Notes: generated from the sequence alone by a model not told the origin. A stretch of DNA of 64,000 nucleotides from Microcoleus sp. (GCA_052279835.1 CP181291.1:2432001-2496000), one strand, 5' to 3'; shown: positions 51,141-61,204, counted from the stretch's first letter. Translations and numbers: made by a program.

Positions 51141-51668
51141 CTATGAACTCGATCGCTGGAGTCTGGCAGCACCAAAGGTGGCATTGAACTTACGGCACCA
51201 AATCGCGGCCGAAGCATAATCTTCTGAGTTGATGCTGGCAGGGATCGCATAGCTTTGAGCACCGCTGTATGATTTGAGTGGTGCGATCGACACATAGTCA
51301 CCTTTCTTGAGGGGATAGGCGGGAGGAACTGTCGAGCCAATGACATCGGGGGATTTGTGTAAAATTACGACTAAATCAGGACCAGAGGTTGAGGTTTGAA
51401 ATGCTCGATCGAGTTCCAGAATGCGCTCATTCCCTTTCTGGACAATGCGGGCAGTGCCTTTGGTGGGGTGTTCGCCATCGACAAAAGTGCCAGAAGTTAG
51501 AACTTTTGCGACTTGAGCCGTTGCGGGTGATGTCGCTGGCCCAGTTGGCGTGGTTTCAGGAGTGACGGATGAGGCGATAGTAGCTCGATCGCCAGGGGTT
51601 TTGGTGCAGGCGATCGCGATTGTTGACACAAAGGTAAGACTAGCAAAGTTGAAATAGCGGCGTTTCAT
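51141..51668 (-). CDS. DM13 domain lipoprotein
   Basis: Lipobox AIAC; SGTF..GEHPTKG, GPDLVVIL, LKSYSGAQSY, IWCRKFNATFG. Confidence 0.88.
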   Translation of the reverse strand: MKRRYFNFASLTFVSTIAIACTKTPGDRATIASSVTPETTPTGPATSPATAQVAKVLTSGTFVDGEHPTKGTARIVQKGNERILELDRAFQTSTSGPDLVVILHKSPDVIGSTVPPAYPLKKGDYVSIAPLKSYSGAQSYAIPASINSEDYASAAIWCRKFNATFGAARLQRSSS

Positions 51669-51691
51669 AAAAAAGCTTCTTTGTTAAAATA

Positions 51692-52738
51692 TTAAACACC
51701 CCGAAAACCGATCGCCGTTTCCATGGCATCGCGAGGATTGGGGTCAACTAATTCTCGATTTATTTTAGCCTGATATAAGTTGCCCACAAAACCAAATATC
51801 ATCCCGACAAACAACAAACTTCCCCCTAAATATTGAGCTAAAGTAGGAGCTTCCCCTAAAATTAAATAACCCATGATTATAGCTGCAATGGGGTTCAATA
51901 AACTAGCTAAATTAAGTTCCGTTGAAGTCGCATTTTTTAAACCCGCCAACCAACATAATTGACCAGTGACGACAATAACCGCGGCATAGATTATCATCCA
52001 TTGCCACAGAAAAGGTGATAAGACTTCGGCAAAATGGTGAGGTCCGTAAAGTAAATTAGCCAATAGGAAAAAAAACACCGTCCCCAGAATATTGCGATAA
52101 ATCGTAAAAATGCCCAAGGGAATTGATTGTAATTGCAGTTTACCAACAACGGTGGCAATGGAACCAATGATTGCAGCGATCGCCACAAAAATTTCTCCGG
52201 TGCCAATTTGAAATCCACCCATCGTCATCATCTGACTTGAACTCCCTAAAACAGCAGTCACTATCACCCCAGCCAAGGAAATCAGAGAACCTGCAATTGC
52301 CCAAAAATCTACCCGCGAACCCAACAGCAAAACGCCCAACAACAGGGTTAAAATTGGTTCGATGCGCCCAATTAACACAATATTAGTTACATTAGTCTGT
52401 CCCAGGGCTGCAAAAATTAACGCCGGAGCGATCGCCCCCGATAAAATACCTGTAATAGTTAAACTAATCCAATCTTTACGAGTCAGAGCTTTCAGAGTCT
52501 GCCGTTGCCAATCTTGATAAAAAATTAGAGTCATCAACCCCAAGGCACAGATATTACCTACAAATAAAACATTGCACAGTGAAATAGGATTTCTGCCATT
52601 AATCGCATGACTTTCCCCTATTTCCACAATTTTACGAGTTACCGAATTGGAAGCAGCAAAAATTAAAACAGCAATGCCAAGATACATTGGGCTAGGAACT
52701 CGGATCAAAAATTGATGTAATTTATTGGCAACTTTCAT
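51692..52738 (-). CDS. DMT/EamA-family transporter
   Basis: About 10 TM helices in two EamA repeats (RIEPILT; LNPIAAIIMGYLILGE). Confidence 0.85.
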   Translation of the reverse strand: MKVANKLHQFLIRVPSPMYLGIAVLIFAASNSVTRKIVEIGESHAINGRNPISLCNVLFVGNICALGLMTLIFYQDWQRQTLKALTRKDWISLTITGILSGAIAPALIFAALGQTNVTNIVLIGRIEPILTLLLGVLLLGSRVDFWAIAGSLISLAGVIVTAVLGSSSQMMTMGGFQIGTGEIFVAIAAIIGSIATVVGKLQLQSIPLGIFTIYRNILGTVFFFLLANLLYGPHHFAEVLSPFLWQWMIIYAAVIVVTGQLCWLAGLKNATSTELNLASLLNPIAAIIMGYLILGEAPTLAQYLGGSLLFVGMIFGFVGNLYQAKINRELVDPNPRDAMETAIGFRGV

Positions 52739-52777
52739 GCTCTTGATTTCTCTAATTTTTTAAACCTAAAAATTAGC

Positions 52778-53482
52778 TTATTTGGGTTGAGGACAGGTTT
52801 TATTAGTGTAATCGCATTGATAGATATACTGTGATTGCCAATGGAGGGGAATTTCTAGTAAATCTCTTGCACCAGTGATTCCCTGACCGATAAAGAACAG
52901 GAGAGCCAAACAATTGAGAATGATATGAACCCTGCGCCAGCGATTTTCTCTATCCTGATAAATATCTTGGACGATCGCCACTGAAAAAATCATCAACAAA
53001 GAGGCTATCATACCGTAGTAATAATGGGAAACAAACCATTCATTATCGCGGCGAAAGATTTCTGGTTGAAACCCTAAAATCATCAATCCCATGCCCGTAA
53101 AAGTGGCAAAAATACCTCGCCAGAGTTTAACTCTTGCCTTAAATAGTAGTGTGAAAGAAGCAATGGTTAACAGGAAAATGGCGATCGCAAAAAAGACTCG
53201 AAAAGGTTCTTTGGTGAGGGTGTCGTTACTCAGCATTTTTGAGAAAATGGGGTAGGCCATTCCCAGTAGAGCAACCCCTACCACTGAGCCGCTCAACCAA
53301 TTACCCATGGCTACGTGCTCGGAACCGACTACGGGCGGAATTTTAGTTTTTCCCCCGTCGGCGACAAGCAGGCGGCGTTGACGGGTGAGCAAGGCGCGAT
53401 TCACCACAATTCCGATTAAGGGAAAAACGACAACAATGGTGATCGCCGGATGTAATAATGCAAAGATATCTTGAAGTTCCAT
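52778..53482 (-). CDS. DUF4079-family (cytochrome b561-like) membrane protein
   Basis: LHP N-terminus; His in TM helices (EHVAMG, SHYYYG, VHIILN); QGITG. Confidence 0.75.
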   Translation of the reverse strand: MELQDIFALLHPAITIVVVFPLIGIVVNRALLTRQRRLLVADGGKTKIPPVVGSEHVAMGNWLSGSVVGVALLGMAYPIFSKMLSNDTLTKEPFRVFFAIAIFLLTIASFTLLFKARVKLWRGIFATFTGMGLMILGFQPEIFRRDNEWFVSHYYYGMIASLLMIFSVAIVQDIYQDRENRWRRVHIILNCLALLFFIGQGITGARDLLEIPLHWQSQYIYQCDYTNKTCPQPK

Positions 53483-53532
53483 GTTAAATATCCATTAATT
53501 CACTATTTAGGGACAATCAAAATTATCGATCG

Positions 53533-54189
53533 CTAAGCAGCCACAAACAGGGACAATAAAATGGCGATCGCGTCGGCGGGTTCATAACGCTTGCTATAAT
53601 CCACGTCAATGTGAGCTAGGGCAATATGTCGATGGCGATCGATAATAAAAGTGGCAGGAACAGGTAACAGCCAATCTTCCGTCCCATTGTAATCTGGGAG
53701 AGCGTGACCCAATTCGGTATAAAGTAATTTAAGAGGAGGGGGAATTTGAAATACAATACCATAATCACGGGCAATTTGGCAACCCACATCACTCAGAACA
53801 TCAAAGGAAAGTCCGTTGTTAACGACTGTTTTTCGGGAAGCATCAATTGTTTGGGGAGAAATGGCTAAAACCGAAGCTCCCAAGGCCTGAATTTTGGGTG
53901 ATAGCCCCTGATAAGCCCGTAATTCCAGATTACAATAGGGACACCAACTGCCAAAATAAAAACAGAGAATAACGGCTCCCTGATTTAATCGCTCGTACAG
54001 ACTAATCTTTTGACCGTCAGTATTTTCGAGGACAAAATCCGGGGCATCGTCGTCAATTCTTAAGCTTCTGCGATTTTTAAATTCCTTGGCTAATGCTTGA
54101 GTTGCTAGTTGCATAATCGCCGCTTTTTCCGGGGGAAACCTTGCCAAGAATTCCTGGTAAAATTTATGAAATTCCAGTTGTAAATTCAC
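53533..54189 (-). CDS. Peroxiredoxin-like AhpC/TSA-family protein
   Basis: APDFVL, WCPYCNLEL, AISPQ, LPVPATFII; start uncertain (GTG 54189 chosen). Confidence 0.85.
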   Translation of the reverse strand: MNLQLEFHKFYQEFLARFPPEKAAIMQLATQALAKEFKNRRSLRIDDDAPDFVLENTDGQKISLYERLNQGAVILCFYFGSWCPYCNLELRAYQGLSPKIQALGASVLAISPQTIDASRKTVVNNGLSFDVLSDVGCQIARDYGIVFQIPPPLKLLYTELGHALPDYNGTEDWLLPVPATFIIDRHRHIALAHIDVDYSKRYEPADAIAILLSLFVAA

Positions 54190-54253
54190 GATATTTCCCA
54201 ATATATGTCTGGGGGATATTCCCTTACTTAAAATCAGCAAGGGAACAGGCAAA

Positions 54254-54631
54254 TTACTTCACTTCATTTGGTGAAAACATCGCTACTTTCCCTTGTTTTA
54301 CAGCGACAACGACATCATAGGTTGCACAGTAGGAGAAGGTAACATCGTTGGCTTTGTTATACAGATTGACCACCATGCCTGCTCCACCTGGTTGTACTCC
54401 TAATGGTAATAAATCACCAAAGAAAAATCTTCGCAATTGGTCGCCACTACCAATTTGTCCTTTGTTTTTACTAATCATATCGATCTTTTGTTGAACCGTC
54501 ATTTCCGGGGCGGCGATCGCGGTATTTTGCAATTGAGGTACAAAGCTATGTACAGCCACATCTCCCGCAGTGATAACGCTAGCCAGGGCTAGGGGAGCAA
54601 ACAGAGGACTGAGGGATTTGAGTTTTAACAT
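54254..54631 (-). CDS. Secreted hypothetical protein
   Basis: Signal-peptide-like N-terminus ending AIA; single Cys in YCATYDVV; alternative start 54670. Confidence 0.65.
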   Translation of the reverse strand: MLKLKSLSPLFAPLALASVITAGDVAVHSFVPQLQNTAIAAPEMTVQQKIDMISKNKGQIGSGDQLRRFFFGDLLPLGVQPGGAGMVVNLYNKANDVTFSYCATYDVVVAVKQGKVAMFSPNEVK

Positions 54632-54741
54632 TGACGTTTTTGGGGTGAGAACGGTTGATGAGACTATCATGATCTATTTCAATTTCTTTGAGAAGCAGGC
54701 AAAATAGAATATGCTATATGCCATTTAGGAATAGGTGCTGT

Positions 54742-55650
54742 ATGGACCGAATTGCTTGTATGCAAAGTTTCGTTCGGGCGATCGAAATGAATAGCTTTTC
54801 AGCCGTAGCGCGGGAACAAAAGACCACGCAACCGACGATTAGTAAGCAAATCGCCGCTCTCGAAAAATATCTGGGGGTACAATTACTCACTCGTTCCACT
54901 ACCAATTTGAATTTGACCGAAGAAGGTAAAAAATACTATCAATACTGCCAGCAAATTTTGGAAACCGTTGCCGAAGCAGAGGCCAGTTTAACCGGGAAAG
55001 AACGGGCAACAGGCGTTTTAAGATTGGGCTGTCCCGTGCTGTTTGGGCAAATGCAGGTTGTTCCCCGTTTAAAAGCATTTATGAAACGCTATCCCGATGT
55101 CAAGGTAGATCTGATGATGGCAGATCATTTTGTGGACATTGTAGAGGATGGTTTAGACCTGTTAATCCGCATTGGTAATCGTCTGGATAGTTCCCTGATT
55201 AGCCATCGTATCGGCACGACTCGCCGCGTCACAGTGGCAACAACAGACTATTTTGAACAAGCGGGAGAACCGAAAAAACCGGAGGATTTAGTACATCATG
55301 ATTGTATTGTTTACACTCATCTGTCAACGGGTAATGAGTGGCATTTTCAAGGAACAGATGGCACTATTAAGGTGCGGGTGGGGGGCTGTTTTCAAACTAA
55401 TAGTTCTGTGGCAATTCGAGCCGCAGTGTTATCGGGTTTGGGGATTGCGGTAGCGCCGGTGTGGATGTTTGGTGATGAGATTTACCGGGGCGATATCAAG
55501 GTTGTGTTGCAGGATTATCAGCCGACTCCGTTGCAAATTCATGGGGTGTATCGTCGGAGTCGTTTTTATCCAGCAAAGATAGTTTGTTTTATTGAATTTT
55601 TAGCGGCAGAATTCAAGCTCGATCCCTGGGTTTCAGATTATGGGGTTTGA
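54742..55650 (+). CDS. LysR-family regulator (CrgA/DmlR-like)
   Basis: SFSAVARE...QPTISKQIAALEKYLGVQLLTRSTT; EDGLDLLIRIG; divergent from the six-gene operon. Confidence 0.93.
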   Translation: MDRIACMQSFVRAIEMNSFSAVAREQKTTQPTISKQIAALEKYLGVQLLTRSTTNLNLTEEGKKYYQYCQQILETVAEAEASLTGKERATGVLRLGCPVLFGQMQVVPRLKAFMKRYPDVKVDLMMADHFVDIVEDGLDLLIRIGNRLDSSLISHRIGTTRRVTVATTDYFEQAGEPKKPEDLVHHDCIVYTHLSTGNEWHFQGTDGTIKVRVGGCFQTNSSVAIRAAVLSGLGIAVAPVWMFGDEIYRGDIKVVLQDYQPTPLQIHGVYRRSRFYPAKIVCFIEFLAAEFKLDPWVSDYGV

Positions 55651-55670
55651 GCCAGACAATTATCCGTAGC

Positions 55671-56321
55671 TCATTCGGAAGTTCTTTTTGATTTCATTTT
55701 ATCGATCTTTTTACGAAGATAATAAACAACAACCTGACAGAATGGATCGAGTTCTTTTCCATTATCGCCGTTCCACTTGTGTAGTTCTTTTCGTATATCT
55801 GCATCAGAGGGTTGTTTTTGAATCAATCCTTTGCGAAAGGCTTCTAATACTCCTTTACGATTACGAACCAACGCACCTTCATTCAAATTCAAGACTTCAT
55901 TAATTTCTTGATTGAATTGGGTATCATTTGATTTAACTGTACCGTCTCCCAAGAAACATATTTTACCTTCAACGTTATGAGATGGATTAGCAGGGTTAAA
56001 AGTTAGATCGAGATTTCCTTTTTTTGTGTCACAGTGCTGTTTATTTTTCGTTTGCCCTTCTCCTCCGCGACAAGCCCCAAGGAGATTATTGTATTCTAGC
56101 TGTCTGTGAGGGTATATATCTTGGCTTTGCCAGTGTTCGATTTTCATGTTTTGTGAGTCAGGACGAATCCGTTGCATACAGTAACAGCAAATTCCTCTTT
56201 GTTCGCTCACTAGACTTGCTCTCAGGTCATCTTTTTCGGCATAGTTATCATAGTCAGTATTTGTATTGCACCGATGCTGTGTCAAGGACGTTGGTTCGGT
56301 CTTTTTCTGGATGTTTCTCAT
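55671..56321 (-). CDS. PtuB-like HNH endonuclease (Septu/retron-effector type)
   Basis: EQRGICCYCM, IEHW, NLLGAC, HCDTKK, LNLN; ATGA overlap with the ATPase. Confidence 0.85.
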   Translation of the reverse strand: MRNIQKKTEPTSLTQHRCNTNTDYDNYAEKDDLRASLVSEQRGICCYCMQRIRPDSQNMKIEHWQSQDIYPHRQLEYNNLLGACRGGEGQTKNKQHCDTKKGNLDLTFNPANPSHNVEGKICFLGDGTVKSNDTQFNQEINEVLNLNEGALVRNRKGVLEAFRKGLIQKQPSDADIRKELHKWNGDNGKELDPFCQVVVYYLRKKIDKMKSKRTSE

Positions 56322-57643
56322 TCATTACCTTCTAAGAATTTAATCAGCGATCGAGCTTGAGTAATCTCAGGAGCTTGGTGTCCAATTTTTTCACCAAGGG
56401 GAATCATAGCTTGACGTGCGCCATCAAAGTTTTCATCATCAATTAGTCTAAAAAGAGCGTGAAGCTTGTCTGCTACCTCTTTGTTACGTTCTGACGATCC
56501 CATCTGCTCCTCTAGTATTCGGTTGGCATCAAGACCATAAGATTCTAATGGAATGGTAGAAATAACTTTGCCAGTTTCTTCATCGCGTTCTAGGACTCTA
56601 ATACAGCTTGCTTCGACTTCACCAATAACAAGTGGCGAATGGGAAGTGCAAACAAACTGGATTGAGGGGAAGGTTCTGGTGAGGTCATTTACAACTTGAC
56701 GTTGCCATTTTGGATGGAGATGTACATCTATTTCATCAATTAGGACTAGCCCTGATGTTTCTTGCAAAATCAGAGGCAATTCTTGACTAGATATATCTAA
56801 TTTTTCTGTTAGAAAAGAGGCATTTTGAGTGACGATTTTGATAGCAATATCGGCAATTAGACCTACCATCATTTTTTGACCTGCACTAAGGTTACTAAAG
56901 GGTTGGGGGTTGCCTTGAATAGAAACAACAATTTCCGATCGCTCTGGGTCAAACCATAGGTCATCTGCATTGGGAATACAACGCAAAATAGCAAACTTTA
57001 CAACCTTGTAACCAGGGCGCCTTTGTCCCTGTCGATTGACAGAAGCGATCGCTTCTTTCTGGAACCAAGTATCGATATCGGCGATTCTAATCCGTTCTTT
57101 AAAGCAGTCATAGAAGGCATCCCAACGGCGAGCGGGGCTAGTGTGGGTAGTTGCTTTGTCGCGTTGGTTGGAGGGTAGCCAAGCTCTACCTGCTCCGTAG
57201 TAGGCGATGATGGGTAGCCAAATTTTTGCGCCTGCTTCAATCTGTTGAAATAAAGTGGAGATAATTTCTAGAGCTTGTTTGGCTTCTGTGTTGGAGGTTC
57301 TGGAGCCGTTAGTTTTGAATTGTCTGAGCCATTGGACTGGCTGACTGTTAATCGTGCCGATCGCCCTAATCTGAACGGGTTTTCGTTGTATAAATTGGGT
57401 GATGGTGTCGGATTCGATCGCTTCTAAGCGAATTTCTGAGGGCAGAATGTTACGGCGGCTATTGTTGAGGGTTGTGTCGGGGGAGTTGACCAGCCAAATT
57501 CCAGCCGCGATCGCCAAAGCATCGAGGATCGTCGTTTTACCTGTGCCATTGTCCCCAACCAGCAACGTAAATTGGGGATGCAAGTCAAGAGTATAGTCTG
57601 AAAATTTCTTGAAGTTTTTGATTTCTAGTCGGTCAATTCTCAT
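56318..57643 (-). CDS. PtuA-like ABC/AAA ATPase
   Basis: Walker A GDNGTGKT, YYGAGR, signature LSAGQK, Walker B LIDEIDVHLHPKWQ, TSHSP. Confidence 0.88.
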   Translation of the reverse strand: MRIDRLEIKNFKKFSDYTLDLHPQFTLLVGDNGTGKTTILDALAIAAGIWLVNSPDTTLNNSRRNILPSEIRLEAIESDTITQFIQRKPVQIRAIGTINSQPVQWLRQFKTNGSRTSNTEAKQALEIISTLFQQIEAGAKIWLPIIAYYGAGRAWLPSNQRDKATTHTSPARRWDAFYDCFKERIRIADIDTWFQKEAIASVNRQGQRRPGYKVVKFAILRCIPNADDLWFDPERSEIVVSIQGNPQPFSNLSAGQKMMVGLIADIAIKIVTQNASFLTEKLDISSQELPLILQETSGLVLIDEIDVHLHPKWQRQVVNDLTRTFPSIQFVCTSHSPLVIGEVEASCIRVLERDEETGKVISTIPLESYGLDANRILEEQMGSSERNKEVADKLHALFRLIDDENFDGARQAMIPLGEKIGHQAPEITQARSLIKFLEGNE

Positions 57644-57729
57644 GGTAATGTGCTACTGTCGAACAGGCCAGTTACTCAGCTAAGACGATTAATGCAATCG
57701 TGTCATCGGGCGCGATCGGGCGAATCATA

Positions 57730-58155
57730 CTATTTTGTAGTTGTACTTTTGGGCAACAATTGATTTAGCGCACCACACAAATATTTCTTCACAGTGTCCC
57801 TACTTGCACCCACACCACTCGGAATAGTAAATATCATCTCAACAGTTAATAGAGTTCCGTCGGCTGAGGCAAACACATCAATTGGCAAAGCCCGCTGAAA
57901 TGCTGTGGCGGGATTTTCGGCTTTCATGACACCTGCGCTCACATCGGTGCTGATAGTTCTAATGCTCTCGCGGGCTAAAATGGGTCGTAATTGGGAAAAT
58001 GCTTTTTCTATTGATAATCCTTCTACCTGAACGCGCGCAGAAAAAGCTGCACCATTCAAAAAGTCCCCTTTTTTTTGAAAGCTTTCTTCGCAGGTTGTGG
58101 CAACAGCGGGGGTGGCTAAACACATGAGAGCTAGAGTCAAGAGGAGCGATCGCAT
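57730..58155 (-). CDS. Secreted hypothetical protein
   Basis: Signal peptide MRSLLLTLALMCLATPAVA; mature region has one Cys near each end. Confidence 0.7.
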   Translation of the reverse strand: MRSLLLTLALMCLATPAVATTCEESFQKKGDFLNGAAFSARVQVEGLSIEKAFSQLRPILARESIRTISTDVSAGVMKAENPATAFQRALPIDVFASADGTLLTVEMIFTIPSGVGASRDTVKKYLCGALNQLLPKSTTTK

Positions 58156-58213
58156 ATTAATTGAGTTAGAAGAATGAAACAATCATAAAGTTAAACTAAA
58201 GTAGATGCAATCA

Positions 58214-58420
58214 TTATAAGTGAGATAGCAACCTGTCGTACTCTGCGTGGGAACCAACCCAAAACCAGATCGCGGTATCTCCATCCAACTGACCAACGGC
58301 TCGATAGTTGTTGCTGATTCTAGCAGAGTAGATTGGTAACTCTGGAGGCACTTTTTTGAAACGCAGACTTGGATAACTTGGGTTTTCCTGGAACTGGCGA
58401 TATGCCTCGCGTGTTTGATT
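58214..58420 (-). pseudogene. 5'-truncated RelE/ParE-like toxin
   Basis: NPSYPSLRFKK, YSARISNNYRAVG, WFWVGSHAEYD; joined directly to a copy of the antitoxin upstream region. Confidence 0.75.
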
Positions 58421-58604
58421 TAGCATCAAAATGGCATCTTATCTATTATTGCTTATTTTTGGCTTGAGCGAATCACAAGTTGCCAGAGCGCGATCGCCCT
58501 TGACAAAAAGCGCACTTTTCGCAGAACAATAAGACTAGAAACTAAAAGAGCGATCGCAGTAAATTGAATGGCGATCGCGAGTTGCTAAGATGACTGACGA
58601 CAGA

Positions 58605-59489
58605 TTACCTCGGTATCACAGCCGAGATATCCCATCCGTCCGCAGAGAGTGCGTTATGAGGTGGCTGCTGAGCAGATGACTTTTTGAGTCCCTGTAAACT
58701 GTCACGATTTTGGACTAATACAAATGTGGCAACTACTAGCAGGAAGTAACCGAAACTTTTTTGCAGTTGTGGCGCTGGCACAAACTGTGCTAAATAAGCC
58801 CCAATCACCGTTCCGCATCCAGCTAAAAAGGTGAATGAAACCGTGAGATTCCAGTCTAGGGAAATATGCCCTAAATAACCGAGCAGCCCTGCGACAGAAT
58901 TACACGCAATAATTAGCAGAGAAGTTCCGATCGCCTGTCGCATGGGTATGTTTCCCAACAACACCAAAGCAGGGACGATCGCAAACCCACCCCCCACACC
59001 AACCAATCCTGTCAAAACACCTACTGCAATCCCTTCAGTCATCAGCCATAGCCAGCAGTATTTACAAACGGGCTTGACATACTCAATAGTATCTAGTTCA
59101 TCCTGACTAGATACAGGCTTTGACTTGCTGGTGCGATAAATCATCAATCCGGCGGCCATCAACATCGACAGTCCAAATAGAGTCATCTGGAATGCGCTGG
59201 TAATCAAGGGTAGCGTCGCAATCCTTGCGCCCAGGTAAGCCCCCAACATGGTCGCACTTCCAAAAATCAACGCTGTTTTGAAATTAAGATTGCCACGCCG
59301 TGCATGGGGAATGCTGCCCAATAAGCTAACAGTTCCCACAATAATCAAAGTCATGGCGATCGCAGGTTTTGGCGCAACACCCATAACATAAACCAGCACA
59401 GGCAATGCTAACACAGAACCACCACCGCCCAATAAGCCTAAACTCACACCAATACCAACTGCCAGGAAATGTCCCAGTATCCAGATCAT
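58605..59489 (-). CDS. TauE/SafE (TSUP) sulfite exporter family protein
   Basis: GLLGGGGSVLALP, GLVGVGGGFAIVP, AIGTSL. Confidence 0.92.
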   Translation of the reverse strand: MIWILGHFLAVGIGVSLGLLGGGGSVLALPVLVYVMGVAPKPAIAMTLIIVGTVSLLGSIPHARRGNLNFKTALIFGSATMLGAYLGARIATLPLITSAFQMTLFGLSMLMAAGLMIYRTSKSKPVSSQDELDTIEYVKPVCKYCWLWLMTEGIAVGVLTGLVGVGGGFAIVPALVLLGNIPMRQAIGTSLLIIACNSVAGLLGYLGHISLDWNLTVSFTFLAGCGTVIGAYLAQFVPAPQLQKSFGYFLLVVATFVLVQNRDSLQGLKKSSAQQPPHNALSADGWDISAVIPR

Positions 59490-60037
59490 GGTTTATTTCC
59501 TGCTTGTTGGTTGTAAGGTAACTTGGCCAACAGCATTCCCATCGCACAAGTGTTAGTGACTCCAGCAAACACTAGCCCAGCCCCCACAAAGCCACTCAGA
59601 AGTAAAAAATTAGGCGAGACCAACACTCCTAAAACTGTTCCCAGCACAACCAATGAGCCTGCCACGACTTGTACCTGTCGAAATAGGCTAATCGGTGCAT
59701 TTTGACTTTTGTCAATAGGATAACCTGCATTTTTCCAAGTAGGAATTCCGCCACGCAGATGAATCACAGAATTGAATCCTGCATCTAAACATTGTCTGGC
59801 GGCTTTGGCAGAACGATTTCCAGATTGACAATAAAGAACGAGTTTTTGTCCCTCAGACGGTCGTACTTGAAGTGGATCGAATTGTGAAAGTGGATGCAAT
59901 TTTGCGCCGGGAATCCGTTCAGTTGCATATTCGGCAGATTCCCGAACATCCACTAAAGTTACGGCGTTTTTGTCAAGCAATTGTTTCAATGTTTGAGCAT
60001 CAATTTCTTGAAGTTGAGCATCGTTAGTCATTGTCAT
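59486..60037 (-). CDS. Rhodanese + DUF2892 (YgaP-like) membrane sulfurtransferase
   Basis: DVRE, YCQSGNRS, GGIPTW; RQVQVVAG, FAGVTNTCAM, KLPYN. Confidence 0.92.
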   Translation of the reverse strand: MTMTNDAQLQEIDAQTLKQLLDKNAVTLVDVRESAEYATERIPGAKLHPLSQFDPLQVRPSEGQKLVLYCQSGNRSAKAARQCLDAGFNSVIHLRGGIPTWKNAGYPIDKSQNAPISLFRQVQVVAGSLVVLGTVLGVLVSPNFLLLSGFVGAGLVFAGVTNTCAMGMLLAKLPYNQQAGNKP

Positions 60038-60068
60038 TGTGTTACTCCAAATAAAATAGATCTAAGGT

Positions 60069-60776
60069 TTAAGCTAAAATTGAAGTTAGGTTGCCACACC
60101 GTTCATTCGCTGGCACAGCTTCCATCATTTTTTGAGGATTGGGCAGATTTAGTGCATTCATAAATTGAATAAACTCATCCCGGCTGCGCCCGACAAACCG
60201 AGGGTTCCAGTGTTTTTCTTCCTCAATGGAAGAAACTGTTTGCCCGCGATAGTCGTGTCCTGGATAGATTGAGGTAGAGTCAGGCAAGGTGAATAAGCGT
60301 TGAGTGACTGAATCAAACAAGGTTCCGGCGTCCCCGCTTTGAAAATCAGTGCGTCCACAACCGCGGATAAATAACGCATCGCCGGTCAGCAAGTGAGTTC
60401 CATTGACGAGGTATGCCATATGGCTATCTGTGTGTCCTGGTGTGGCGATCGCCTGCACTGCAACCAATCCAACCTGTAGCGTTTCGCCCTGGTGGATAAA
60501 ACGGTCTGCACAGTTAACCTGTGCTTGGGCTGGAACCACACTCGCACAGCCTGTTGCTTGCCGCAGTTGAGATGCACTGGTAATGTGATCGGCATGAACA
60601 TGAGTTTCCAAGCAATAACGCAACGTCAAACCCAGTTCTTTGACCAACTTGAGGTCTCGCTCAACCTGTTCCAAGACTGGATCGACCAATAGGGCTTCTG
60701 CGGAATCGCGATCGGCAATCAGATAAGTATAGGTACTGCTTTCCCTGTCAAAAAGTTGACGAAACAGCATGGCCAT
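60069..60776 (-). CDS. Persulfide dioxygenase (ETHE1/Blh-like metallo-beta-lactamase fold)
   Basis: LFRQLFD, ETHVHADHIT, TPGHT, TGDALFIRGCGRTDFQ, PGHDY, AVPAN. Confidence 0.9.
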   Translation of the reverse strand: MAMLFRQLFDRESSTYTYLIADRDSAEALLVDPVLEQVERDLKLVKELGLTLRYCLETHVHADHITSASQLRQATGCASVVPAQAQVNCADRFIHQGETLQVGLVAVQAIATPGHTDSHMAYLVNGTHLLTGDALFIRGCGRTDFQSGDAGTLFDSVTQRLFTLPDSTSIYPGHDYRGQTVSSIEEEKHWNPRFVGRSRDEFIQFMNALNLPNPQKMMEAVPANERCGNLTSILA

Positions 60777-60787
60777 TCCTCTCTATT

Positions 60788-60823
60788 TATTTATAATATT
60801 ACGATATAGTAATATTATAAATA
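60788..60823. promoter_or_regulatory. Palindromic operator between the divergent dioxygenase and ArsR genes
   Basis: Perfect 15-6-15 inverted repeat TATTTATAATATTAC-gatata-GTAATATTATAAATA. Confidence 0.75.
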
Positions 60824-60859
60824 TGTCAAGTCAAAACTCTAGTCAACAAACTCCTGCTT

Positions 60860-61204
60860 ATGTCTCAAATCCCAGTTTCGGCTCTGGCTCAGGTTGCCGA
60901 TTACTTCAAAGTTCTATCAGAACTCAGCCGGCTGCAAGTGCTGTGTGCACTCAAAAATGGGACCAAAAATGTGACTGAAATCATTGAGGAAACAGGGCTG
61001 GGGCAAGCCAATGTTTCCAAGCACCTCAAGATTTTGACCCAAGCAGGCATCGTTCAACGGCAGCCGCAGGGAGTCAGTGTTTACTATCAAATCACCGATC
61101 CGATGATTTTTGATTTATGCGAACTTGTGTGTCAGAAGCTGGAAACTCGATTGCAAGAACAGTCACAGGAGTTAAAAAAGCTCGACAGATTGCGTCAAGT
61201 CTAA
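60860..61204 (+). CDS. ArsR/SmtB repressor, BigR/SqrR-like persulfide sensor
   Basis: FKVLSELSRLQVLC, QANVSKHLKIL, C-terminal LCELVC. Confidence 0.88.
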   Translation: MSQIPVSALAQVADYFKVLSELSRLQVLCALKNGTKNVTEIIEETGLGQANVSKHLKILTQAGIVQRQPQGVSVYYQITDPMIFDLCELVCQKLETRLQEQSQELKKLDRLRQV

